NCBI GenBank assembly: GCA_910576795.1
Contig: CAJTIX010000022.1
Coordinates: 1 to 22,443, forward strand
Length of the DNA stretch: 22,443 nt
Direction of reading: 5' to 3'
Source: an uncultured Bacilli bacterium
Lineage (GTDB): Bacteria; Bacillota_I; Bacilli_A; RF39; UBA660
The position numbers and the translations under genes were made by a program. Below are positions 9,041 to 15,312 of the stretch, piece after piece. The notes beneath the pieces were generated by a model. It had not been told where the DNA came from. It searched no databases and was given only the letters and a program-made list of their open reading frames with translations. Each line of letters opens with the position of its first letter. Position 1 is the first letter of the stretch.

Positions 9041-9410
9041 GATTTTAGACTGAAAGGTCTTTGATTAAGGAGAAAATTTAAATTGTGCGTTTTTGTTTAG
9101 CCCCCTAGTTGTGCTCGCGCGCGTCGTTAACAAAAACGGTAATAGAAACTAAAACAATGTAAGAAAACGGAATGGTGGGGCGCGTCCAGATTCACTTTTG
9201 AAGAGATTTTTTAATAAATCTAGAAAACAGATGAGAAAAGTTTATTTTAGGTAAAATAAATCCGTGTTGTAAGGTGAAGGAATTTTCTTCTTTTCCAATC
9301 GCTAAAAGATCACTCTCAGGTGCGATGGAAAAATACATAAACACTCACACAAACAACGAATGTATGCATTCTTTGGGCGTTATAAGGGGTGTTTTTTTAA
9401 AGGAGTATTT
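9041..9410 (+). ncRNA. Putative DGR template RNA (TR plus 3' spacer region)
   Basis: This non-coding interval between avd and the RT contains the TR (9116-9192). About 215 nt of spacer follows, with small stems such as AGATTT/AAATCT and CCAATCGC/GCGATGG. The exact RNA ends are unknown. Confidence 0.5.
9116..9192 (+). repeat. DGR template repeat (TR)
   Basis: It is 77 nt and 66/77 identical to 10714-10790. All 11 differences are A in this copy. It is intergenic and contains an in-frame TAA, so it is the non-coding template copy. Confidence 0.92.
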
Positions 9411-10442
9411 ATGAATTTAGAACAAATTTTTACGTTTGAAAATTTATATCAGGCATATCAGGCATGTCGTAAGTCAAAACAACATAAAGGGGAAGTCATC
9501 CGTTTCGAAACCAATTTATCTGTAAATCTATATCAATTGATGAAAGATCTTTATGCCAAAAAATATTGCCTTGGCAAGTATAAACAATTTTATATTTATG
9601 AACCAAAGCAAAGATTGATAGAGGCTTTGCCTTTTAAAGATCGAGTTGTAATTCGGTGTTTTTGTGAAGTTTGTTTAAAACCTAAGGTAGAGAAAAAGTT
9701 GATCTATGACAATTGTGCATGTCGTAAAAATAAAGGAACAACATTTGCGATTGAAAGGTTACATCAATTTTTAAGGAAAGTATATTGGAAGCAAAATAAC
9801 CATCATTTTTATTTTTTAAAGTGTGATATTCATAAATATTTTCCTAGTATCAATCATGATATTTTATTACATTTATTGAAGAAGATTCCTTTTTCAGAAG
9901 ATGAGATGTGGATGATTCAAAAGTTGATTCAGGAGCAACCAAATAATGCGAGTAGGGGTCTACCGCTTGGAAATCAGTCTAGCCAATGGTTTGCCCTTTA
10001 TTATTTAAATGAAATAGATCGTTATGTGAAAGAGGTATTACGTGTAAAATATTATGTAAGATATATGGATGATATGATATTGATTCATTGGGATAAGAAT
10101 TTTTTAATTCATTGTAAACATGAAATAAACCGTTTATGCCATGAGGTATTGGATTTAGAACTCAATCAAAAAACGCAAATTGGCATGGTGAAAAATGGGG
10201 TTGATTTTTTAGGATACCGGCATATTGTTAGTCCTAGTGGGAAAGTAGTGATGAAACTCAGATATTCTTCAAAACAAAGAATGAAAAAACATTTGAAAAC
10301 ATTACGAAAATTATATCGTAAGAAAATTGTAGATGAATCCTATGTATTGATTCGTAAAAACGCCTTTTATAATCATGTCAAAAACACAAGTGAATCTTCC
10401 AAATGGTGGAGCGAATTATTTTTAGCTGAAGAAAAAATGTAA
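9411..10442 (+). CDS. DGR-type reverse transcriptase
   Basis: ATG 9411 sits 5 nt after AGGAG (the track ORF from 9360 has no RBS). The 343-aa protein has the RT motifs FYIYEPKQRLIEALPFKDRVV and KCDIHKYFPSI. It also has the DGR-specific motif 4 LGNQSSQ (9966-9986) and the catalytic YMDD (10062-10073). There is no maturase or endonuclease extension. Confidence 0.9.
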   Translation: MNLEQIFTFENLYQAYQACRKSKQHKGEVIRFETNLSVNLYQLMKDLYAKKYCLGKYKQFYIYEPKQRLIEALPFKDRVVIRCFCEVCLKPKVEKKLIYDNCACRKNKGTTFAIERLHQFLRKVYWKQNNHHFYFLKCDIHKYFPSINHDILLHLLKKIPFSEDEMWMIQKLIQEQPNNASRGLPLGNQSSQWFALYYLNEIDRYVKEVLRVKYYVRYMDDMILIHWDKNFLIHCKHEINRLCHEVLDLELNQKTQIGMVKNGVDFLGYRHIVSPSGKVVMKLRYSSKQRMKKHLKTLRKLYRKKIVDESYVLIRKNAFYNHVKNTSESSKWWSELFLAEEKM

Positions 10443-10504
10443 AAAAATGACAAAATTTGTCTACAATGAGCAAAATTGTGTTATGATATAGATGGTGATT
10501 GACT

Positions 10505-12433
10505 ATGTTAGATTTTACATTTCCAGAAATAAATCAAATATTTGGTGATAAACAATCAGATATATTTAAAGCATACGGAACGAAGTGTGCCATATCGGAT
10601 TTTGCTATTTTATTAGGTGGTTTTGTAGCAAATGGAATATATACAAGTGAGGGAAATACTCTAAAAGATCGTACTGGTTATTGGTGGACCAGAACTTCTG
10701 ATGGAGATAATGACGCGCGCGTCGTTATCAGGAACGGTAATAGAGACTTAGACAGTGTAAGGAAGCGGTATGGTGGGGCGCGTCCAGCTTTACCATACTC
10801 ATCCATCTCTTCTTTCTCCTCGAACGGAGTGAGAGGGGCTAATGGGCTTCTTGAAGTTGAGTTTGGAGAATATCCACAAACTGTTGTAACAGATATCTTT
10901 TCAAATTCATTGGAAAATGTGTACCAACAAGGTGTACTACAGATCGTACAAAAGTATACAACGGATTCAGTTAATTATTCTGATTATGACACGGATTTGC
11001 AGATTCGTGAGTTTAGCGTGTACGAATATATAGGAGAAAAGTATATTCGCTTTTTGGGTGACCAAAATGCAAGTGGTGAAACGCTTTCTAATGGGGCTCA
11101 AGTTGAAATTGGAAAGCCCTATTGGGTGAAAGTTGAGCCAATTCGTTGGTTAGTAGATGAAAGAAATGATTTTGCCATCGCCAAAAAAATATTATTTGCA
11201 GGTGTACAATTCAATCATATTAGAAACTATATGGGAGATTTTTTACAAACAACGATTAAAAAATTCATGGATCAATTTTTTTCAAAAGAAATAATAATCA
11301 ATACAAATAACCTAACAAGGGTAGTGGAACAAGAGAAAGACTTGAATGGTAAAAATTTAAGAAAACAGAACCCATATGGATTCCATTTTGAATCTGTATC
11401 TGAAGAAGATATCATAAGGGGTGCTTTGGAAAGTAACGTATCTGTATTCTTACATGGTAGGTCAAGCGAAGGAAAATCGGCAAGGGTAAAACAATTTGAT
11501 CCAGACTGTGAAATTCTATATATGAGAAACGCAACACCAGATAGCTTGAATGGAAAAAGTGTTTATAATGCCGCAACAGGGGAAATGATTGATGTACCAC
11601 CTACTTGGTATTCACGTGTATTAGAAAAATGCGAAACAGAACCAAATAAGATTCATATTGTATTTTTTGATGAACTAACCAATGCCCTTCCTTCTATTCA
11701 AGGGATGGCCTTTAATATTGTATTAGATGGTGAAGTGAATGGAAAATGGAAATTGCCATCTAATGCTAGAATTGTAGCGGCTGGAAATGATTTAAATGAT
11801 TCATTGGCTGCGAATCAAATGGCAGAGCCATTGTTCAATCGTTTCGCCCATGTTTATATTCATACAACGGTAGAGCAGTGGTTAAAATGGGCATCCACAC
11901 CTGCAAATTACTATGAAAGATTGGACTATAAAGAAGAGAATCAAAATATGAAAATTCATCCCTCTATATATGCTTATGTTGCGTATAAATCCTATAGTGG
12001 AATGGATGTATTAAGAACACCATATACAGGTGATAAACCAAATGCCGATCCAAGAAAGTGGGAAATGGCCTCTAAAATCTTATATAAAACGGGACAACCT
12101 GAAATGTTAAGAGCATTAGTTGGTAATGAATTAACAAGGGATTTTGTAGCGTTTGCAAAATCACAGGTAATTAGTGTAAAAGATGTCATTGAACATAATT
12201 ATTCAGAGAGCGATTTTCAAATGGATTTATCCCAAAAATTTGCAACAGCAGTGGGACTATCCTCTGTAGATGATGCCAATTTTGAAGTAGTAAGAGAATT
12301 TATGAAACAAGTTGGGGCAGAACCAAGAGCTGCTTTTGAAACAATGTGGGCATATGGAGATGAGAAAAGATTAGAGCGCCTTTTGGAATTACAAATGATG
12401 GAACATAATCTTCAAGGAGGAATGAAAAAATGA
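10505..12433 (+). CDS. DGR target protein: an N-terminal VR-bearing putative lectin-like ligand-binding domain fused to a MoxR-like AAA+ ATPase
   Basis: The track starts at TTG 10499; ATG 10505 follows GGTGA by 6 nt. Using track numbering, the VR spans codons 72-98 (YWWTRTSDGDNDARVVIRNGNRDLDSVRKRYGGARPAL). Walker A is GRSSEGKS (aa 320-327, nt 11456-11479), Walker B is IVFFDE (aa 387-392) and the sensor-1-like motif is ARIVAAGND. MAEPLFNRF parallels the MoxR LP.A..DRF motif. There is no signal peptide or TM segment. Confidence 0.85.
   Translation: MLDFTFPEINQIFGDKQSDIFKAYGTKCAISDFAILLGGFVANGIYTSEGNTLKDRTGYWWTRTSDGDNDARVVIRNGNRDLDSVRKRYGGARPALPYSSISSFSSNGVRGANGLLEVEFGEYPQTVVTDIFSNSLENVYQQGVLQIVQKYTTDSVNYSDYDTDLQIREFSVYEYIGEKYIRFLGDQNASGETLSNGAQVEIGKPYWVKVEPIRWLVDERNDFAIAKKILFAGVQFNHIRNYMGDFLQTTIKKFMDQFFSKEIIINTNNLTRVVEQEKDLNGKNLRKQNPYGFHFESVSEEDIIRGALESNVSVFLHGRSSEGKSARVKQFDPDCEILYMRNATPDSLNGKSVYNAATGEMIDVPPTWYSRVLEKCETEPNKIHIVFFDELTNALPSIQGMAFNIVLDGEVNGKWKLPSNARIVAAGNDLNDSLAANQMAEPLFNRFAHVYIHTTVEQWLKWASTPANYYERLDYKEENQNMKIHPSIYAYVAYKSYSGMDVLRTPYTGDKPNADPRKWEMASKILYKTGQPEMLRALVGNELTRDFVAFAKSQVISVKDVIEHNYSESDFQMDLSQKFATAVGLSSVDDANFEVVREFMKQVGAEPRAAFETMWAYGDEKRLERLLELQMMEHNLQGGMKK
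10714..10790 (+). repeat. DGR variable repeat (VR) with a GC-rich IMH-like 3' end
   Basis: This is the coding copy of the 77-nt repeat. It differs from the TR only where the TR has A. The 3' GGTGGGGCGCGTCCAG is a GC island in AT-rich DNA. Confidence 0.92.
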
Positions 12434-12831
12434 ACCAAGAAAGATTCAATTTATTGGAAAATTATATAAAGGTTGGTGTATCTCCATTATTAGTAAAAAA
12501 TATATCATCTCATTCATTTCGAAATTCTGTTGTGATTGAGTCCAATATAAAACAATCAGAACTAAATGGACACTATGAAAATACCCTATTTTGTCCACCT
12601 ATGTGGTACCAAGATTTGCTACAAAAAAGTAAAAATGGAACTGTTGTTTTGGTGATTGAAAATATCAATGAAATAAGGGTAGAAGAACAGACAAAATTTA
12701 TAGAAATCCTCAAATACAAAAAAGTGAGTACATTTGATTTGCCAAAAAATTGTTTGATAGTAGTTACTTGTTCTGATGCTAGTATATATAAAATAAATGA
12801 AGAAGTTTATTCTTTATTGGCCCAAATATAA
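12430..12831 (+). CDS. Small protein paralogous to the C-terminal half of the upstream AAA+ core; lacks Walker A and has a degenerate Walker B
   Basis: The ATGA start/stop overlap with the target gene indicates translational coupling. PPMWYQDLLQK...VVLVIENINE...DLPKNCLIVVTCSD aligns by eye with PPTWYSRVLEK...IHIVFFDELTN...KLPSNARIVAAGND of the upstream protein. Confidence 0.6.
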   Translation: MNQERFNLLENYIKVGVSPLLVKNISSHSFRNSVVIESNIKQSELNGHYENTLFCPPMWYQDLLQKSKNGTVVLVIENINEIRVEEQTKFIEILKYKKVSTFDLPKNCLIVVTCSDASIYKINEEVYSLLAQI

Positions 12832-12840
12832 GGATAGAAT

Positions 12841-14271
12841 ATGAATATAGAATTACTGAAAAGAAAATTACTCGTAAAATATCCTTTCTTTGGAAGTATA
12901 ATTGCGCATTCTAACTGTGTTGTAGAACCATCGATTGAAACTGCAGGGACAGATGGTACGAATATTTATTATAATCCGAATTATATGGAAACTCTTACAG
13001 AGGATGAACAAATATTTGTATTCGCTCATGAAATTAGTCATATTGCATTTAGTCATATGGATAGAAGTGCTGGAAAAGATCGAAAACTCTGGAATATCGC
13101 AACTGATGCGGTTGTGAATGCTTTTCTAAAACAGGATGGTCTAACTGCAGTGAAGGGTATTGTTGACATGGAAGATGCGATTGATTATGATGCCGAAGAA
13201 ATGTATCAAAAACTATTAGCTCAAAAGCAACAAGATGGCAAACAAGGAAATCAGAGCAATGAATCTAAAACACAAAGTGGACAAAACAATTCCAATTCGT
13301 CTTCTAATAATACACAAAATGGTAAAGAAGAAAAACAGGATGCAAATCATGATGTTGGACATGATACACATTCTATGTGGGATAAGGCGATAGAGAAAAA
13401 ACAAAAAGAACAGTTAGAAGAAAGCTCTGAACAATCTAGTACTTCAAATGAATTCAAAGATTTCCTGGATAAGATAAGTAAAATGTTTTCAAAGAAAAAG
13501 GAAAAATCAGAACAACAACCGAATGAAAAAGTAAATCAAGAGAATATCAAGAATGAAGAAATTAAAAAAATAACAGAATTAGGTGAAAAAAGAGCATTTC
13601 AACAAAATAGGGTTGAACGAAAAAAACAACTAGAAGAATTGAGACAAGCATTGATTCATCAATCACAAGGGCATGGAAGTGATACCAATAGTCAAAAAAT
13701 AAATATAACGGATATTGGGATATCGGAACCACTTATTGATTGGCGCATGTTACTAAAAGAGGCAGTTCAATATGATGTGGATTGGTCTTATCAAAATGCA
13801 GGAATAGAAGATGGCGTTGTAACTGCATATTTGGAAGAGATACCAAGACCAGAAACAGAGATTGTTTTAGATACAAGTGGTTCCATCAATGAAACACTTC
13901 TTAGAAATTTTTTAAGAGAATGTAAAAACATTTTACAAAATTCTAAAGTGAAAGTAGGTTGTTTTGATACAAAATTTTACGGTTTTACCGAGATCAAGCA
14001 GTTATCCGATATTGATTATTTACCCTTTTATGGTAGAGGTGGAACTAACTTTGAAGTAGCAGTAAATGCTTTTACAAGAAGAGTAGAAAATAAGATTATT
14101 TTTACAGATGGAGATGCAGATATGCCAACTACAAATATAGATGCGATTTGGATTGTATTTGGAAATCATAAAATTCAACCCAAAGGAGGAAGGGTTATTT
14201 ATATCAATGCAGAACAACTTCAAGCATTGGCATCTATGTATTTAATAAATGATAAGGGAAGGTCTAGATGA
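12841..14271 (+). CDS. Putative zinc metallopeptidase domain (DUF2201_N-like, HExxH) - low-complexity linker - VWA-like domain (DUF2201-like, MIDAS DxSGS)
   Basis: It starts 9 nt after the previous stop. The N-terminus KYPFFGSII...TAGTDGTNIYYNP...FVFAHEISHIAFSHM...WNIATDAVVN contains HEISH at 13027-13041. Residues ~125-290 are Q/N/S/E/K-rich. The C-terminus IVLDTSGSINE (DTSGS at 13870-13884)...GRGGTNFE...IIFTDGDADMP is a VWA-like domain. This domain pair is the classic partner of MoxR ATPases. Confidence 0.85.
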   Translation: MNIELLKRKLLVKYPFFGSIIAHSNCVVEPSIETAGTDGTNIYYNPNYMETLTEDEQIFVFAHEISHIAFSHMDRSAGKDRKLWNIATDAVVNAFLKQDGLTAVKGIVDMEDAIDYDAEEMYQKLLAQKQQDGKQGNQSNESKTQSGQNNSNSSSNNTQNGKEEKQDANHDVGHDTHSMWDKAIEKKQKEQLEESSEQSSTSNEFKDFLDKISKMFSKKKEKSEQQPNEKVNQENIKNEEIKKITELGEKRAFQQNRVERKKQLEELRQALIHQSQGHGSDTNSQKINITDIGISEPLIDWRMLLKEAVQYDVDWSYQNAGIEDGVVTAYLEEIPRPETEIVLDTSGSINETLLRNFLRECKNILQNSKVKVGCFDTKFYGFTEIKQLSDIDYLPFYGRGGTNFEVAVNAFTRRVENKIIFTDGDADMPTTNIDAIWIVFGNHKIQPKGGRVIYINAEQLQALASMYLINDKGRSR

Positions 14272-14284
14272 AGCCTTCTTTTAT
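14258..14284 (+). terminator. Weak candidate terminator after the VWA gene
   Basis: A 5-bp stem GAAGG/CCTTC with an 11-nt loop is followed by TTCTTTTATT. Confidence 0.3.
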
Positions 14285-14336
14285 TGAAACTATTTTTCAA
14301 AATCAAATCAAAACTTGTCGAAATATGAAAAAAATA

Positions 14337-14376
14337 TGATATAATAAAAATGTGAGATGAACGGAACATTTGTTCT
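14337..14376 (+). promoter_or_regulatory. Extended -10 promoter (TGATATAAT 14337-14345) followed by a Cheo/LexA-like box GGAACATTTGTTCT (14363-14376)
   Basis: The box has the form GAAC-N4-GTTC. Its core AACATTTGTTC is identical over 11 nt to lexA box 1 at 21274-21287. It sits just downstream of the -10, which is an operator position. Confidence 0.5.
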
Positions 14377-14430
14377 AAATCTATCAATTAAGGATAAGAA
14401 GAGGTTGAATAATGGAAAGAGGGAGTGAAT

Positions 14431-14958
14431 ATGAACAACTATATCGATGAAAATACACCATTTGGAATTCAAAATCAACATAATTATTCAACAATTATAC
14501 CAACAGGAGAATGCATTACCTATTTAGTACAATATTGCTGCGATGAGTACAATAAATTTATCGCACTTACAGAAGAGGTTGAAAAAAACAAAGAGCAACA
14601 TGGGGAATATAATTATAGTTTTAAAAAAGGAAACTCAGTTTTTGAAGTTTCTTTAAGGGGAAAAATGTATACAAATGTTATTTGCCGTGATATGGAAGAA
14701 TTTGAAGAAGCAACTCACGAAAAAGGTTTAAAGGAAATGAGTAGTTTAGAAATCAAAATGCATTTGAATTTTAAAAGGGATCGGGAAGATGTAGGTTCAG
14801 AACATCAAAATGAATTTGTCATCACATTCAGGCCTTATGAAATTTCATTTACTAGAAAATCAAACTATAATGAAACAATGATGAATCAAATTGAAATGAA
14901 TATAGATGAAGTTTTAAAGAGATTTCCATCTATTAATAGCATTTTTTCTTCTAAGTAG
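14431..14958 (+). CDS. Hypothetical protein
   Basis: ATG 14431 sits 5 nt after AGAGGGAG (the track starts at GTG 14425). The 175-aa protein matches no motif I recognise. Confidence 0.6.
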   Translation: MNNYIDENTPFGIQNQHNYSTIIPTGECITYLVQYCCDEYNKFIALTEEVEKNKEQHGEYNYSFKKGNSVFEVSLRGKMYTNVICRDMEEFEEATHEKGLKEMSSLEIKMHLNFKRDREDVGSEHQNEFVITFRPYEISFTRKSNYNETMMNQIEMNIDEVLKRFPSINSIFSSK

Positions 14959-14966
14959 GAGATTTT

Positions 14967-15278
14967 ATGGCTATTACCAAAGAGTATAAAGATTATATCT
15001 TAGAAAAATTGGAGTGTTTAGGTTCGATTACATACCGTCCTATGATGGGAGGATATTTATTTTACTATCAAAATATTTATTTTGGTGGAATTTATGAAGA
15101 AGAACGTTTTTTGATTAAAGAAACATCAAGTAATGAAAAATATCACTTGAAAGAAGCTTTGCCTTATCAGGGTGCGAAAATGATGTATTGGTTGAAAGAT
15201 TTAGAGGACTCTGAACAAGTGAAAAACATTATTGTAGATACCTGCAAAGAATTGAAACCGAAAAAAAAGGCAGATTGA
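14967..15278 (+). CDS. TfoX N-terminal-domain protein
   Basis: A 103-aa ORF. ITKEYKDYILEKLECLGSITYRPMMGGYLFYYQNIYFGGIYEEERFLIK fits the TfoX_N pattern (..L....V..R.MFGG.G.Y..G..F..I.dd.L.lK). Confidence 0.65.
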   Translation: MAITKEYKDYILEKLECLGSITYRPMMGGYLFYYQNIYFGGIYEEERFLIKETSSNEKYHLKEALPYQGAKMMYWLKDLEDSEQVKNIIVDTCKELKPKKKAD

Positions 15279-15312
15279 AAAATCTGTTTTTCTAATATAA
15301 AGAAGGCGTTTT

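Larger units (their letters stand above)
8456..12433 (+). mobile_element. Diversity-generating retroelement cassette: avd-like gene, TR, RT, and target gene carrying the VR
   Basis: See the component features. The TR/VR pair has adenine-only mismatches. The RT has the DGR-type LGNQSSQ motif and YMDD, and a four-helix Avd-like ORF lies upstream of the TR. Confidence 0.9.

Noticed and set aside
9360-9410. The N-terminal extension of the RT ORF (track start ATG 9360), which would make the RT overlap the spacer RNA.
   Set aside because: There is no RBS before 9360. ATG 9411 has AGGAG at ideal spacing and gives the conserved RT N-terminus (MNLEQIFTFENLYQAY...).
9411-10442. The RT as a retron, group II intron or Abi-type RT rather than a DGR RT.
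   Set aside because: The TR/VR pair with A-only mismatches is diagnostic of a DGR. Motif 4 is LGNQSSQ (DGR-type [I/L]GxxxSQ). There is no maturase/X or endonuclease domain, no intron domain V/VI-like RNA, and no msr/msd-style inverted repeats next to the RT.
10499-10504. TTG 10499 as the start of the DGR target gene (ORF-track start).
   Set aside because: ATG 10505 lies 6 nt after GGTGA, whereas the TTG overlaps the RBS. The difference is 2 codons and does not affect the interpretation.
10791-10860. A hairpin or cruciform downstream of the VR, as described for the Bordetella DGR target.
   Set aside because: Only a 4-bp stem (CTCC/GGAG around 10818-10835) is present, which is too weak to call.
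13216-13720. Possible tandem nucleotide repeat or contingency locus inside the VWA-protein linker.
   Set aside because: It shows compositional bias (A-rich; AAT, CAA, AAA and GAA codons) but no exact repeating unit, so I treat it as a low-complexity coding linker.
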